64,000 nucleotides of DNA, taken from positions 30,143 through 94,142 of the forward strand of contig MFNE01000046.1 in assembly GCA_001783695.1 (NCBI GenBank), read 5' to 3'. Within the stretch, counting starts at the first letter, position 1; each line of letters starts with the position of its first letter. The notes under the pieces are model-generated. The model saw nothing but the letters and a program-made list of their open reading frames with translations, was not told where the DNA came from and made no database searches. A program made the position numbers and the translations under genes. Positions 19,627-30,236 of the stretch are shown piece by piece. Source of the stretch: Candidatus Lambdaproteobacteria bacterium RIFOXYD2_FULL_50_16. Lineage in GTDB: Bacteria > SAR324 > XYD2-FULL-50-16.

Positions 19627-20022
19627 TTAGATTCTTCTTCGTTTGGGCGGTCGGCAGCCGTTGTGCGGCACCGGGGTAATGTCTTTGATCCGGTTTACTT
19701 TGATCCCCGAATTCGCCACAGCCCGTAGCGCCGACTCACGACCCGATCCAGGGCCCTTAATCACAATGTCACAGGCCTTAAGCCCGTTTTCCATCCCTTT
19801 TTTGATAGCATCTTCACCCACTAAACGAGCAGCGTAGGGGGTGGATTTTCGGCTTCCCTTAAATCCATGTAGGCCCGTTGAGGACCACGCCACTACGTTA
19901 CCCGAGGGGTCGGTAACACTAACAATGGTATTGTTGAAGGTCGCGTTGATATATACAATACCCTGGGCGATATTTTTCTTTTCCTTCTTTTTCGCCCCTT
20001 TGCGCTTTACTGCTTTGGCCAT
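19627..20022 (-). CDS. rpsK: 30S ribosomal protein S11
   Basis: [17 protein letters not shown] and [12 protein letters not shown]. Confidence 0.98.
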   Translation of the reverse strand: MAKAVKRKGAKKKEKKNIAQGIVYINATFNNTIVSVTDPSGNVVAWSSTGLHGFKGSRKSTPYAARLVGEDAIKKGMENGLKACDIVIKGPGSGRESALRAVANSGIKVNRIKDITPVPHNGCRPPKRRRI

Positions 20023-20025
20023 GGC

Positions 20026-20391
20026 TTATTTCTTGTTGGCGATTTGAATGCGTTTGGGCCCCTTGCGGGTCCGAGCATTGGTCTTGGTACGCTGGCCGCG
20101 AGCGGGTAACCCGGCGCGGTGCCGCAAGCCGCGGTAGCAGCCGAGGTCTTTAAGCCGCTTAATGGCCATGTTCACCTCGCGCCGCAAATCACCCTCAACG
20201 GTCAAACCTTGGATGAGCTGGCGAATCTTGGAAACATCTTCTTCAGATAGATCCTTAACGCGGGTATCTTTGTTAACACCTGCCTGATCCAACAATTTTA
20301 CAGAAGAGGTACGACCAATCCCGTGGATGTAGGTCAGGCCAATTTCGACCCGTTTATTCAAGGGCAAGTCGATCCCTGCGATGCGTGCCAT
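20026..20391 (-). CDS. rpsM: 30S ribosomal protein S13
   Basis: [10 protein letters not shown]...[14 protein letters not shown]. Confidence 0.98.
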   Translation of the reverse strand: MARIAGIDLPLNKRVEIGLTYIHGIGRTSSVKLLDQAGVNKDTRVKDLSEEDVSKIRQLIQGLTVEGDLRREVNMAIKRLKDLGCYRGLRHRAGLPARGQRTKTNARTRKGPKRIQIANKK

Positions 20392-20395
20392 GCTG

Positions 20396-20509
20396 TTATC
20401 CTTGACGTTGTTTGTGCTTCGGGTTCTCGCAGATCACCCGAAGGATCCCTTTGCGTTTTACCATCTTGCATTTAGAGCAGATGGGCTTTACCGATGCTCG
20501 AACTTTCAT
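20396..20509 (-). CDS. rpmJ: 50S ribosomal protein L36 (zinc-binding form)
   Basis: Below the ORF-track size cutoff. Manual translation: [37 protein letters not shown]. Confidence 0.97.
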   Translation of the reverse strand: MKVRASVKPICSKCKMVKRKGILRVICENPKHKQRQG

Positions 20510-20560
20510 ATTGCCTCTCCGTCGGGCTAGGCCCGAAATGACTCAAACTAGCCTGACGGC

Positions 20561-20779
20561 CTATTTATTCCGATATATGATCCGCCCGCGGGTCAGATCG
20601 TATGGTGAAATCTCAACGGTAACTTTGTCGCCCGGTAGGATTCGGATATAATTCATCCTCATCTTTCCCGAGATATGGGCCAAAAGCACATGCTTGTTAT
20701 CGAGTTCTACCCGAAACATCGCATTGGGTAAGGCTTCTAACACCTTCCCTTCCATTTCAATCTGGTCTGCTTTGGACAA
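20561..20779 (-). CDS. infA: Translation initiation factor IF-1
   Basis: [10 protein letters not shown]...[17 protein letters not shown]; TTG start. Confidence 0.98.
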   Translation of the reverse strand: MSKADQIEMEGKVLEALPNAMFRVELDNKHVLLAHISGKMRMNYIRILPGDKVTVEISPYDLTRGRIIYRNK

Positions 20780-20859
20780 TGTTCCTCTCGGCGGTCGGCA
20801 ACTTTCAAAATGTAATTCGTAAGGCTACCCGTCGATTACTGTTTTGGCAACCGTTTTTT

Positions 20860-21504
20860 TTAATGCCCTAAGGCGTTTAAGATTCTCAACGAAATTTCGT
20901 CAATATCCCCTTCTGCATGAACCGACGCCAGCCTACCGTCCTTGGCATAATACTGGGCCAAGGGAGCTGTTTGATTGTGATACGCCTCTAGGCGCACTCG
21001 AATACTTTTTTCTTGATCGTCGGGCCGTTGGGCCAGGGGTGCGCCGTCTTTGTCGCAAAACCCAGGCTTTTGGGGCGGTCGATGATCTACATGGTACTCT
21101 TCACCGCAGAGGGAGCAAACTCTCCGGCCTTTTAAGCGGGCCACAACCAATTCTGGATCAATCTCTAAATAAATAACCCTTTCTAAACTCTGGTCTTCCT
21201 TGGCAAGCATCTCGTCTAATGCTTCTGCTTGAACCAAGGTCCGAGGGAACCCATCCAAAATATAGCCTTCGTGACAATCGCTGGCCTTGATCCGCTGGTG
21301 TATCAGTCCTAAAATCAAATCGTCTGGAACCAATTGACCCTGATCCATATAGGATTGCGCTTTGGCCCCTAACGCGGTCTTATCTTTTATGGCCGCCCGT
21401 AACATATCACCCGTCGATAGCTGCGGGATCAATAACGTAGCTCCAGTTCGTTTGGACTGCGTGCCTTTGCCTGACCCAGGAGCTCCGAAAAATACGATCC
21501 TCAT
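20860..21504 (-). CDS. adk: Adenylate kinase
   Basis: GAPGSGKGTQ, STGDMLR, LDGFPRT and a Zn-type LID (CSLC...CDKD). Confidence 0.97.
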   Translation of the reverse strand: MRIVFFGAPGSGKGTQSKRTGATLLIPQLSTGDMLRAAIKDKTALGAKAQSYMDQGQLVPDDLILGLIHQRIKASDCHEGYILDGFPRTLVQAEALDEMLAKEDQSLERVIYLEIDPELVVARLKGRRVCSLCGEEYHVDHRPPQKPGFCDKDGAPLAQRPDDQEKSIRVRLEAYHNQTAPLAQYYAKDGRLASVHAEGDIDEISLRILNALGH

Positions 21505-21511
21505 AACGGGC

Positions 21512-22825
21512 CTAATATTGGCGACGGCGTTTTTTACTTTTCTTAATAAATCCGTCGTAATTTTGGTTCAGCAAAAAGGTTTCAATTTGCATCACCGTAT
21601 CTAATGCAACCCCTACCACAATCAAGACCGCCGTTCCGCCAAAGCTGAAAGGTACCTTGAAATAAACATACAAGATGCTGGGCATCACACAAATAATCGA
21701 CAAGTAAATCGCACCACCAAAGGTCAAACGAGTCAATACGATGTTGATATACTCAGCGGTCTTCGAACCTGGTCTTATCCCAGGAATAAAGCCCCCATGG
21801 CGCTTTAATTCTTCGGCGATTTTTACCGGGTTGTACTGAATGGCGGTATAAAAGAAGCAGAAGAAAAAAATCAGCATCACAAACACCGCATTGTACAAAA
21901 ACCGCCCAGGCATCAACTGATTACCAACCGACTGGACCCATTCGACTTGAGTGAAACTAGTAATAGTTGCCGGGAATGCTAACAAGCTCGAGGCAAAAAT
22001 CGGCGGGATCACGCCAGCGGCGTTGATCTTAAGGGGTAGGTGCGAATATTGCCCCCCAACCATTCTAGTGCCTTGCTGCCGTTTGGCGTATTGCACCGGT
22101 ATTTTCCGATTGGCCGTCTCAAAAAAGATGACGCTACCGATAACTAGCACAATAATAATTCCGACCAAGATCATAACAAACAAAGAGATATCGCCAGTAT
22201 TCATTAAGGACCAAGTTTGCAGGGTTGCCGCCGGAATCCCGGTGATAATACCTGCAAAAATAATCAATGAAATCCCGTTGCCAATCCCGCGTTCAGAGAT
22301 CTGCTCACCTACCCACATCACAAATGCGGTACCGGCGGTTAAGGTTAAAACCGTCATTCCCCTAAAGGCCCAGGTATTTATACCGGCAAGAACCACTTTA
22401 TTGCCACCCAGCCCCATCGATTCCAGGCCCACGGCAATGCCGTAACCTTGAATGATTGATAAAACGATGGTGCCGTAGCGGGTGTACTGTGTAATCTTGC
22501 GCCGACCTGCGTCCCCTTCTTTTTGCAACCGTTCTAAAACCGGGAAAACCGCGGTTAGAAGTTGAATAATGATGGAGGCAGAGATGTAAGGCATCACGCC
22601 TAAAGCAAAAATGGTCATGTTCGCTAGGGCACCGCCCGAAAACATGTCCAAATGCCCCAAGAGCCCTTTGGCGTTGGCTTGGAAAAACTCGCCTAAAGCA
22701 GTGGAATCAATACCAGGAATCGGGATGTGAGCGCCGATGCGAAACACCACCAACATCCCCAAGGTGAAGATAATCCGCTTGCGCAGCTCCTCTACCTTGA
22801 AGATATTACTGAAGACCTCAAGCAT
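21512..22825 (-). CDS. secY: Preprotein translocase SecY
   Basis: FALGVMPYISASII, GIGNGISL and FIPGIRPG. Confidence 0.98.
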   Translation of the reverse strand: MLEVFSNIFKVEELRKRIIFTLGMLVVFRIGAHIPIPGIDSTALGEFFQANAKGLLGHLDMFSGGALANMTIFALGVMPYISASIIIQLLTAVFPVLERLQKEGDAGRRKITQYTRYGTIVLSIIQGYGIAVGLESMGLGGNKVVLAGINTWAFRGMTVLTLTAGTAFVMWVGEQISERGIGNGISLIIFAGIITGIPAATLQTWSLMNTGDISLFVMILVGIIIVLVIGSVIFFETANRKIPVQYAKRQQGTRMVGGQYSHLPLKINAAGVIPPIFASSLLAFPATITSFTQVEWVQSVGNQLMPGRFLYNAVFVMLIFFFCFFYTAIQYNPVKIAEELKRHGGFIPGIRPGSKTAEYINIVLTRLTFGGAIYLSIICVMPSILYVYFKVPFSFGGTAVLIVVGVALDTVMQIETFLLNQNYDGFIKKSKKRRRQY

Positions 22826-22828
22826 CCC

Positions 22829-23281
22829 CTAGCTCTCAAGCAGGGTCGCCTTTCCGCCGGCGGCCTCGATCTTTTGGGCGGCACTTTTCGAAAAGGCATG
22901 AGCTTCGATCTGAAGCGCTTCTTTAAGTTCGCCATCGCCTAATACCTTAACCAGCCCATCCCCTTTAGTCAGGAGACCTGCGGTCATCAAGGCATCTACC
23001 GTAATTAACGATTTACGATCAAGGTTCTCAGAGCTGATAATCGCATCTAAATTAACAATGCGAAATTCTCGGCGGAAAATATTAGTAAATCCCCGCTTCG
23101 GCAGCCGAATATGCAGGGGCATCTGCCCGCCTTCAAATCCGATCCGTTTGGTCGAGCCTGAGCGCGAAAGATAACCCTTATGCCCACGGCCAGAGGTTTT
23201 GCCAGTGCCCGATCCGGGGCCTCGGCCAATGCGTTTGCGGGGTTTTTTCGAACCTGGCGCGTTTTCCAGTTTGTGCAACAT
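22829..23281 (-). CDS. rplO: 50S ribosomal protein L15
   Basis: GRGPGSGTGKTSGRGHKG and FEGGQMPL. Confidence 0.98.
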   Translation of the reverse strand: MLHKLENAPGSKKPRKRIGRGPGSGTGKTSGRGHKGYLSRSGSTKRIGFEGGQMPLHIRLPKRGFTNIFRREFRIVNLDAIISSENLDRKSLITVDALMTAGLLTKGDGLVKVLGDGELKEALQIEAHAFSKSAAQKIEAAGGKATLLES

Positions 23282-23299
23282 TGTCTGGGTCCTTCTTGA

Positions 23300-23482
23300 T
23301 TAAACCGTTTCCACCTCAACCATATGCGACACCTTCCGAATCATCCCCCGAACCTCAGGGGTATCCTTGAAAACGCGCTGCTGGCGGGTCTTTTTGAGTC
23401 CCAGTCCCTTGAGGTTTTCCTGCTGGTTCTGGTTAGCAGTGGCGAGGCCACGCTTTAAAGTAACTTTGATTTCGGCACTCAT
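23300..23482 (-). CDS. rpmD: 50S ribosomal protein L30
   Basis: LKGLGL...DTPEVRGMIRKVSHMV; expected operon position. Confidence 0.95.
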   Translation of the reverse strand: MSAEIKVTLKRGLATANQNQQENLKGLGLKKTRQQRVFKDTPEVRGMIRKVSHMVEVETV

Positions 23483-23992
23483 TTAAAACTCCAAGGTGCT
23501 GACCTCTTCGGTCTTTTTGCCGCGACGGCGAGCAACATCAGAGAATGAAACCAATTGGCTCAGTCCGTCAATGGCAGAGCGCACGAGGTTGTGTGCGTTG
23601 CGCGAACCCAAGGCTTTAACGTTGATATCGTGAATCCCCATAGCTTCCACAACCGCCCGCACAGGACCCGCAGAGATGATACCAGAACCTGGAGGGCTCG
23701 GTTGCATCAACACACGAGAAGCCCCGTGATGACCCGTAACCTGGTGGGGAATGGTCGATTTGTATAGGGGATAACCATGCATGGTCTTCTTGGCTTGCTC
23801 AGTGGCCTTACGGACCGCTTCGATTACCTCGTTGGCCTTGCCTAAGCCCAGTCCCACTTGGCCCTGGCCGTCACCGACCACTACCAATGCGGAGAAACTG
23901 AACCGGCGACCACCCTTGACCACCTTGGATACCCGCTTAACTTCGATGACCTTCTCGATCAGTTCGCTTTTTTCTTTCTCAGCCAAAGTCAA
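23483..23992 (-). CDS. rpsE: 30S ribosomal protein S5
   Basis: [22 protein letters not shown]; TTG start. Confidence 0.98.
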   Translation of the reverse strand: MTLAEKEKSELIEKVIEVKRVSKVVKGGRRFSFSALVVVGDGQGQVGLGLGKANEVIEAVRKATEQAKKTMHGYPLYKSTIPHQVTGHHGASRVLMQPSPPGSGIISAGPVRAVVEAMGIHDINVKALGSRNAHNLVRSAIDGLSQLVSFSDVARRRGKKTEEVSTLEF

Positions 23993-24007
23993 TCTCTCGG
24001 TTGCTGA

Positions 24008-24379
24008 TTAAAACTGGATGCCCGCTTCGCGGATACCATCGGCTAACGACTTAACGCGGCCATGATAAATATAGCCGTTGCGGTCGAAAACCACATTTTC
24101 AATGCCTTTTTCTTTAAGCATCAGGCCAAAGGCTTTGCCCACCGATTCGGCGGCATCCTTGTTGCCCGTTGCTCCTTCGATCCCTTTTTTGACCTCGCCG
24201 TTCAAGGTAGAACAATGAGCCAAGGTTTGCCCCTGGTCGTCGTCTATAGCTTGAACATAGATATGTTTTGCGCTTCGGAAAACGCTGATCCGGGGCTTTT
24301 GTGCGGTCCCGGTCATGTTTTTTCGAATATGGGCCTTCTTGCGCCCACGGGTCAGGATTCTTTTTTTGGACGATTCCAT
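24008..24379 (-). CDS. rplR: 50S ribosomal protein L18
   Basis: [15 protein letters not shown] and [13 protein letters not shown]. Confidence 0.98.
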   Translation of the reverse strand: MESSKKRILTRGRKKAHIRKNMTGTAQKPRISVFRSAKHIYVQAIDDDQGQTLAHCSTLNGEVKKGIEGATGNKDAAESVGKAFGLMLKEKGIENVVFDRNGYIYHGRVKSLADGIREAGIQF

Positions 24380-24393
24380 CTTGTTCCTTATGC

Positions 24394-24939
24394 CTATTTG
24401 GAGCCTTTACCGGCCTTACCTGCTTTGCGGCGAATCTTTTCGCCTGCGAAGAGGATCCCTTTGCCTTTGTAGGGCTCAGGTGGGCGGCGGCTGCGAATCT
24501 CTGCGCAGACCTGCCCAAGCGCTTGTTTATCGGGGCTGGAAAGCGTAATCTTAGTGTTGGCTTCAACCTCTCCCTTAACTTGGGCAGGCAACATATACTC
24601 TACTGGGTGCGAGTAGCCAAGGCTTAAGGTCAGTTTTTGACCTTGGGCCTGGGCGCGGTAACCTACGCCAACCAATTCGAGTTGTTTTTTGAAGCCATCG
24701 GTCACGCCGGTCACCATGTTTTTAATCAAGGAGCGAGCGGTACCACCTTGCATCTTCATTTCCGAATTCTCAAAGTCGACTTCAACCTGGATCTCTTCAG
24801 GCGAGATAGCCAGTTTAATCGATTCGGGTACCAAATAGCTCAGTTCCCCTTTGGGGCCCTTTAAGGTGAGCAATTGGTTTTTGAACTCTGCCTTAACCTT
24901 AGAGCCTAAGATTACCGGCAATTTACCCAGTCTGGACAT
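24394..24939 (-). CDS. rplF: 50S ribosomal protein L6
   Basis: MSRLGK, GVGYRA and PEPYKGKGI. Confidence 0.98.
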   Translation of the reverse strand: MSRLGKLPVILGSKVKAEFKNQLLTLKGPKGELSYLVPESIKLAISPEEIQVEVDFENSEMKMQGGTARSLIKNMVTGVTDGFKKQLELVGVGYRAQAQGQKLTLSLGYSHPVEYMLPAQVKGEVEANTKITLSSPDKQALGQVCAEIRSRRPPEPYKGKGILFAGEKIRRKAGKAGKGSK

Positions 24940-24956
24940 GGAAATCTCTCCTTCTA

Positions 24957-25355
24957 TTAATAGACTGCGCAGAGGACTTCACCACCAACCTTCGCTTTGC
25001 GGCATGCATTATCACTAAGCACGCCATGCGAGGTGGAAATGATATAGATCCCTTGGCCGTTCATCAACGGTTTTAACTCGTCCACACCTTTGTGGATGCG
25101 CAATCCAGGCTTTGAAACCCGGTCGATCTTTCGAATCACCGAGGTGCCTTTCGAATCGTATTTAAGCTGGATCGTTAAGTTTTGACCCACTCGGGCGTCT
25201 TCAACTTTGTAGTCACCAACGAACCCTTCTTCCTTAAGCACCCTCGATATGTTTTCCTTAATACTGGAAAACGGGACCGATACAGATCGGTGTTCCCTGA
25301 GAATGGCGTTGCGGATGCGGGTTAGCATATCCGCGATGGGATCAGACATGGACAT
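24957..25355 (-). CDS. rpsH: 30S ribosomal protein S8
   Basis: DPIADMLTRIRNA, SKPGLR and GGEV. Confidence 0.98.
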   Translation of the reverse strand: MSMSDPIADMLTRIRNAILREHRSVSVPFSSIKENISRVLKEEGFVGDYKVEDARVGQNLTIQLKYDSKGTSVIRKIDRVSKPGLRIHKGVDELKPLMNGQGIYIISTSHGVLSDNACRKAKVGGEVLCAVY

Positions 25356-25401
25356 ATCTTTACTCCGGTCCTTTTTTTTCTATTGGGGTCAAATTCTTTG
25401 G

Positions 25402-25587
25402 CTACCAGCTCGACTTGAGCACGCCCGGCAATTGGCCAAAACCGGCCCTTTGACGAAAACAAATCCGGCAAATGCCAAATTTACGGATATAACCACGAGG
25501 GCGTCCACAGCAATTGCAGCGGTTGCGCGCGCGTACCTGAAACTTTTGGGGCCGGGCGGCCTTAGCGATCGCCGATTTCTTTGCCAT
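25402..25587 (-). CDS. rpsN: 30S ribosomal protein S14 (short, Zn-binding type Z)
   Basis: [10 protein letters not shown]...CRIC, 61 aa. Confidence 0.97.
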   Translation of the reverse strand: MAKKSAIAKAARPQKFQVRARNRCNCCGRPRGYIRKFGICRICFRQRAGFGQLPGVLKSSW

Positions 25588-25590
25588 CTT

Positions 25591-26130
25591 CTATTTCCTA
25601 AAAGGGAGTCCTAATTCAGCAAGTAACGTCCTTGCCTCATCATCCGTTTTTGCTGTGGTAACAATGGTGATGTTCATACCCCGAACCTGATCGATCTTGT
25701 CGAAATTGATCTCGGGGAACACCAACTGTTCCTTAATGCCTAGGCTGTAGTTACCCCGTCCATCAAAAGCGCGGGGGCTAATTCCCTTGAAGTCGCGTAC
25801 CCTGGGTAGAGCACTAGCAATCAACCGGTCCAAAAATTCGTACATTCTCTGCCGCCTAAGGGTAACCATCACACCGATGGGGTGACCCTCGCGCAGTTTA
25901 AACCCGGCGATGGACTTCTTTGCCTTGCGCTGGATTGGCCGCTGACCTGAAATATCGGTAATATATTCAGCTATAACATCCAAACACTTGACGTTTTGCA
26001 CGGCTTCACCAGCACCTACGTTAATCACCACCTTGGTGACCTTGGGGATCTGATGCGCGTTTTTGTAGCCAAATTGCTCCTTAAGTTTAGGGGCGATTTC
26101 AGCTTTGTATTTTTCCTGTAGCCTAGACAC
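25591..26130 (-). CDS. rplE: 50S ribosomal protein L5
   Basis: [20 protein letters not shown] and FDGRGNYS. Confidence 0.98.
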   Translation of the reverse strand: MSRLQEKYKAEIAPKLKEQFGYKNAHQIPKVTKVVINVGAGEAVQNVKCLDVIAEYITDISGQRPIQRKAKKSIAGFKLREGHPIGVMVTLRRQRMYEFLDRLIASALPRVRDFKGISPRAFDGRGNYSLGIKEQLVFPEINFDKIDQVRGMNITIVTTAKTDDEARTLLAELGLPFRK

Positions 26131-26138
26131 TGGATTCC

Positions 26139-26477
26139 TTAGTCTGCGGAGATGTTCGATTGAGCAAAAACCCGGGTCTTAGTCCCGTCGTCGTTTGCCC
26201 GGATCTTAAGTCGCTCGCCTTTACCGCTACTTTCACAAAACAGCAGCACATTCGAATAGTGGATGGGGGCCTCGAATTTCTCGATGCGCCCTTCCTGGTT
26301 AGTGGCGTTAGGCTTAATATGTTTAGTGGCGATGTTGACCCCTTCTACGGTAATCCGCATCTTTACGCGGTCAACGGCGAGCACTTTGCCCTTTTGACCC
26401 CGGTCTTTGCCGGAGATCACTTGGACTAAATCGCCTTTTTTAAGCAACAACTTTTGCTTAGTTTGGTTCTGTTTCAT
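26139..26477 (-). CDS. rplX: 50S ribosomal protein L24
   Basis: [15 protein letters not shown] and EAPIHYSNV. Confidence 0.97.
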   Translation of the reverse strand: MKQNQTKQKLLLKKGDLVQVISGKDRGQKGKVLAVDRVKMRITVEGVNIATKHIKPNATNQEGRIEKFEAPIHYSNVLLFCESSGKGERLKIRANDDGTKTRVFAQSNISAD

Positions 26478-26492
26478 CGGTTCCTTTTTCCC

Positions 26493-26861
26493 TTAAACCA
26501 CTTCGGGGGCCAGAGAGACAATCTTCATGAAGTTTTTGGCCCGAAGTTCGCGAGCCACCGGTCCGAAGATCCGGGTGCCAATGGGTTCAAGCTTGGCGGA
26601 CAAAATCACGGCGGCGTTATCGTCAAAACGGATCACAGAGCCATCGGGTCGTTGAACCTGATACGCGGTGCGAACAATTACCGCTTTTACCACGTCTCCA
26701 GCTTTAACCTTGCCACCAGGAGTGGCCTGCTTTACAGATGCCACAATCAGGTCGCCAGGATGAGCATAGCGCCGATGCGAGCCGCCCAATACCTTGATAC
26801 ACATGATCTTCTTGGCGCCCGAGTTATCGGCCACGTCGATGCGGGATTCGGTTTGAATCAT
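26493..26861 (-). CDS. rplN: 50S ribosomal protein L14
   Basis: [15 protein letters not shown] and [12 protein letters not shown]. Confidence 0.98.
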   Translation of the reverse strand: MIQTESRIDVADNSGAKKIMCIKVLGGSHRRYAHPGDLIVASVKQATPGGKVKAGDVVKAVIVRTAYQVQRPDGSVIRFDDNAAVILSAKLEPIGTRIFGPVARELRAKNFMKIVSLAPEVV

Positions 26862-26891
26862 CTTAAATACTCTCTGTTAAACCGTTGGTGC

Positions 26892-27155
26892 TTATACAGC
26901 TTTTTCGACCACTTCTAAGAGCCGCCAGCATTTGTCTTTACTCATAGGCCGACACTCGATCAGGCGAACCCGATCCCCGGTAACGCATTGGTTCGATTCG
27001 TCGTGAATCTTGTATTTTTTGGTCTTGCGCACCGTTCGTTTGTACAAGGAGTGCTGGAACGTCCGTTCTACCAAAACGGTAGCGGTTTTATCCATTTTGT
27101 CCGAGACCACTACGCCTTGGAGCACTTTTTTGCGTCGTTCTATCTTATCGCTCAT
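26892..27155 (-). CDS. rpsQ: 30S ribosomal protein S17
   Basis: GVVVSDKMDKT and ECRPMSK. Confidence 0.98.
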   Translation of the reverse strand: MSDKIERRKKVLQGVVVSDKMDKTATVLVERTFQHSLYKRTVRKTKKYKIHDESNQCVTGDRVRLIECRPMSKDKCWRLLEVVEKAV

Positions 27156-27349
27156 GCTTCTACCAGTTGCTTCTCTCTAAGGACCGTTTTGGCCCGGGCA
27201 ATGTCTCTTCTGGCCTTTTTAATGGCCGAACTATCTTCTAACTGACCTAAGGTTTTGTTACAGTGGAGGCGAAAAATATTTTCTTCCAAAGCAACAATCT
27301 TGTCTGCCAGCTCTTTTTGGCTCAACTCGCGGAACTCTCCGGGTTTCAT
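27152..27349 (-). CDS. rpmC: 50S ribosomal protein L29
   Basis: RRDIARAKTVLRE; expected operon position. Confidence 0.95.
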   Translation of the reverse strand: MKPGEFRELSQKELADKIVALEENIFRLHCNKTLGQLEDSSAIKKARRDIARAKTVLREKQLVEA

Positions 27350-27351
27350 GA

Positions 27352-27762
27352 CTAATCCTCACGAACGATAATGGTGGTCTTGACCGACAACTTATGTTGG
27401 GCCAAGCGAAAGGCCTCGCGGGCCACCTTCTCATCTACCCCGTCGATTTCGAACAGGATCCGTCCTGGCTTAACAACAGCTACCCAATGATCTACCGAGC
27501 CTTTACCTTTTCCCATCCGGGTTTCAGCCGGTTTGGCGCTGATCGGTTTATCTGGAAACAACCGAATCCAAATCTTCCCGTCCCGTTTTACGTGGCGAGT
27601 CATCGCGCGTCGGCTGGCTTCGATCTGGCGGCTAGTAACAAAGCCGCGATCAATAGCTTGAATGGCCAAGCTGCCGAAGTTGATCTCGTTACCGGTGCTC
27701 GCCTCGCCGCGGTTGCGGCCTTTCTGGCGTTTCCGATACTTGGTTTTCGAAGGCATCAACAT
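27352..27762 (-). CDS. rplP: 50S ribosomal protein L16
   Basis: [17 protein letters not shown] and ETRMGKGKG. Confidence 0.98.
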   Translation of the reverse strand: MLMPSKTKYRKRQKGRNRGEASTGNEINFGSLAIQAIDRGFVTSRQIEASRRAMTRHVKRDGKIWIRLFPDKPISAKPAETRMGKGKGSVDHWVAVVKPGRILFEIDGVDEKVAREAFRLAQHKLSVKTTIIVRED

Positions 27763-27764
27763 GG

Positions 27765-28448
27765 TTAATTCTCCTTAACACCAGGCTTTTTGCGCCGTTT
27801 TTTGACCTGCGCTTGCGGGGTCACGGCTTTATTTTCTTTGAAGATCCAAACCTTGACCCCAAGCAGGCCATAAACGGTTTGAGCTTCACAAACTGCGTAA
27901 TCAATCTCAGCCTTCAAGGTGTGCAAGGGAACCCGACCCTCGTGGGTCCATTCGGTCCGTGCCATCTCGGCGCCGTTAAGCCGCCCGGCTACCATAATTT
28001 TGCAACCGCCTACGTTGTAGCGCATGACGTTTTGCAAGGTCTTTTTCATTACCCGGCGGAAGGCTACGCGCCGTTCAAGCTGCTGAGCAATCGAGTCAGC
28101 TACTAACTGAGCTTCGGTCTCGGGCCGTCGAATCTCTTTAATGTTGACCACTAGGTCGTTTTGTCCAACTAAGCGGCACAAGCTTTGTTTAACCTTCTCT
28201 GCTTCCTCGCCCTTGCGGCCAATGATGATGCCAGGGCGAGCTGCATGGATGTAAACACGCAAGCTTTTAGCGGCCCGTTCGACCTCAACCTTAGCGACAC
28301 CAGCATGTTTGAGATGCTTACGGATATAGTCGCTGATCTTGAAGTCTTGTTGTAACTGGCTTGCATAGTCTTTCTCTGCATACCAGTTAGATTGCCAAGT
28401 TCGGTTGATCCCCAGGCGAAGCCCAATGGGGTTGACTTTCTGTCCCAA
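27765..28448 (-). CDS. rpsC: 30S ribosomal protein S3
   Basis: [23 protein letters not shown] and GRVPLHTL; TTG start. Confidence 0.98.
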   Translation of the reverse strand: MGQKVNPIGLRLGINRTWQSNWYAEKDYASQLQQDFKISDYIRKHLKHAGVAKVEVERAAKSLRVYIHAARPGIIIGRKGEEAEKVKQSLCRLVGQNDLVVNIKEIRRPETEAQLVADSIAQQLERRVAFRRVMKKTLQNVMRYNVGGCKIMVAGRLNGAEMARTEWTHEGRVPLHTLKAEIDYAVCEAQTVYGLLGVKVWIFKENKAVTPQAQVKKRRKKPGVKEN

Positions 28449-28462
28449 AACTTCTCCTTGTG

Positions 28463-28807
28463 TTAGCCTACTGACAGCCGAATATGGCTGCCTTTTTTCT
28501 GGATCTGCATCCCTCGCCCCATGGCGCGGGCCCGAAGCCGTTTAATAACCTTGCCCTGATCAACCCTCGCTTCAGTAACTATCAAGTCGTCAGGGTTGAT
28601 CGACTTATTTTTTTCCACAGCGTTAGCAATAGCCGACTGCAACACCTTTTGTACGATGGGGTTGCTTGACCGATGCTGACTTTCTAAAATCGCCAAGGCC
28701 TGAACCACTTTCAGTCCGCGAATCTGGTCGATCACCATGCGTGCCTTGCGGGGAGCAATATGGGTTCCCTTCGCAGTAGCACTGGCGATATGCTTGCGCT
28801 CAGCCAT
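28463..28807 (-). CDS. rplV: 50S ribosomal protein L22
   Basis: [19 protein letters not shown] and RARAMGR. Confidence 0.97.
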   Translation of the reverse strand: MAERKHIASATAKGTHIAPRKARMVIDQIRGLKVVQALAILESQHRSSNPIVQKVLQSAIANAVEKNKSINPDDLIVTEARVDQGKVIKRLRARAMGRGMQIQKKGSHIRLSVG

Positions 28808-29088
28808 TATTTTTTCCCTCGTTTATCGGACTTGCCAACATGGCCTCTATAAGTCCGGGTCGGCGAAAATTCACCAAATTTGTGTCCCACCATGTTTTCA
28901 GTTACGAAAATGGGAACAAACAACTTGCCGTTGTGAACGGCTACGTTAAGACCGACAAAGTCGGGCATGATGACCGAGCGACGCGACCAAGTCTTGATCA
29001 CCTTGCGGTCACCCGCATCCTTAGCAACGATACACTTCTTATAGAGATGTTCGTCCACAAAGGGCCCTTTTTTTAACGATCTGGGCAT
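28807..29088 (-). CDS. rpsS: 30S ribosomal protein S19
   Basis: [12 protein letters not shown] and MVGHKFGEF. Confidence 0.98.
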   Translation of the reverse strand: MPRSLKKGPFVDEHLYKKCIVAKDAGDRKVIKTWSRRSVIMPDFVGLNVAVHNGKLFVPIFVTENMVGHKFGEFSPTRTYRGHVGKSDKRGKK

Positions 29089-29102
29089 CTTACTCCTTTC
29101 CT

Positions 29103-29924
29103 TTAATTCGCACGAGATACGATGAAGCGACTGCTACGCTTATTTTTCCTAGTTTTAGCCCCTTTAGTCGGCTTGCCCCAAGGGGTAACCGGGTGGCGTC
29201 CACCACTGGTTCGGCCTTCGCCACCACCGTGAGGGTGATCCACCGGGTTCATAGCCACCCCTCTAACCGTGGGGCGTCGTCCTAGGTAGCGCGACTTACC
29301 AGCCTTGCCAAGCTTAATCAACGAGTGTTCGTTGTTCCCGACCTGACCGATGGTAGCTAAACAATCTAAATGAACCAGCCGAACCTCTCCACTGCGCATT
29401 TTAATCTGTGCATATTTAACATCCTTAGCCATCAAAGTAGCAAAGGTGCCAGCAGAGCGAGCGATCTGACCGCCCTTTAGGGGTTTGAGTTCCACGTTGT
29501 GGATCTCGGTGCCCAAGGGAATATTTTTGACAGCTAGGCAGTTGCCTACTTTAATCTCCACCCCTTCGCCAGAAACTAGGGTCTCACCCACGGTGATCCC
29601 TAGCGGGGCCAAGATATAGCGTTTCTCGCCGTCCACATAGTGGATCAGGGCAATGCGTGCGGAGCGACTGGGGTCATATTCAATGGCCGCCACTTTCCCT
29701 GGTACGCCAAACTTGTTGCGCTTAAAATCGATAATCCGATAGCGCTGTTTGTGCCCACCGCCGTTGCGACGAACCGTGATCCGGCCATTGTTATTGCGGC
29801 CAGACTTTCGGGTCTTCGGGCTCAGGAGACTTTTTTCAGGGGTTGACTTGGTAATCTCGTCAAATCCCGAAACGCTCATCCCGCGCCGACCTGGCGAGGT
29901 AGGTTTGTATTTCTTGATGCTCAT
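29103..29924 (-). CDS. rplB: 50S ribosomal protein L2
   Basis: [18 protein letters not shown] and [15 protein letters not shown]. Confidence 0.98.
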   Translation of the reverse strand: MSIKKYKPTSPGRRGMSVSGFDEITKSTPEKSLLSPKTRKSGRNNNGRITVRRNGGGHKQRYRIIDFKRNKFGVPGKVAAIEYDPSRSARIALIHYVDGEKRYILAPLGITVGETLVSGEGVEIKVGNCLAVKNIPLGTEIHNVELKPLKGGQIARSAGTFATLMAKDVKYAQIKMRSGEVRLVHLDCLATIGQVGNNEHSLIKLGKAGKSRYLGRRPTVRGVAMNPVDHPHGGGEGRTSGGRHPVTPWGKPTKGAKTRKNKRSSRFIVSRAN

Positions 29925-29945
29925 GACCTAATCTCTTGGCTACGC

Positions 29946-30236
29946 TTAAGCGCCTTCGAAGTATTCAATGTTGTCACCTTCTTTTAGGGTGACAATGGCC
30001 TTTTTCCAGTCGGAACGCTTGCCTTCACGAAGGCCCAAGCGCTTGGATTTGCCCTTAACGTTAACGGTGCTGATCTTCTCTACAGTGACCCCAAAAATGG
30101 ACTCAATCGCCCTTTTTAGTTCCACTTTGTTGGCTCCTACAGCTACCTTAAAAACCACTTTGTTTTCGGTCTCTTTTTGTAACAAAACCTTTTCAGTGAT
30201 ATGTGGCTGCTTGATCAAGGTAAATTGGCTTCTCAT
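29946..30236 (-). CDS. rplW: 50S ribosomal protein L23
   Basis: PHITEK, ANKVELK and WKKAIVTL. Confidence 0.97.
   Translation of the reverse strand: MRSQFTLIKQPHITEKVLLQKETENKVVFKVAVGANKVELKRAIESIFGVTVEKISTVNVKGKSKRLGLREGKRSDWKKAIVTLKEGDNIEYFEGA

Noticed and set aside
20780-20859. No map gene between adk and infA
   Set aside because: map is frequently absent from this position in many lineages.
17943-28448. Several GTG/TTG starts (rpoA, rpsD, infA, rpsE, rplE, rpsC)
   Set aside because: Non-ATG starts are common for these genes; not unusual by itself.
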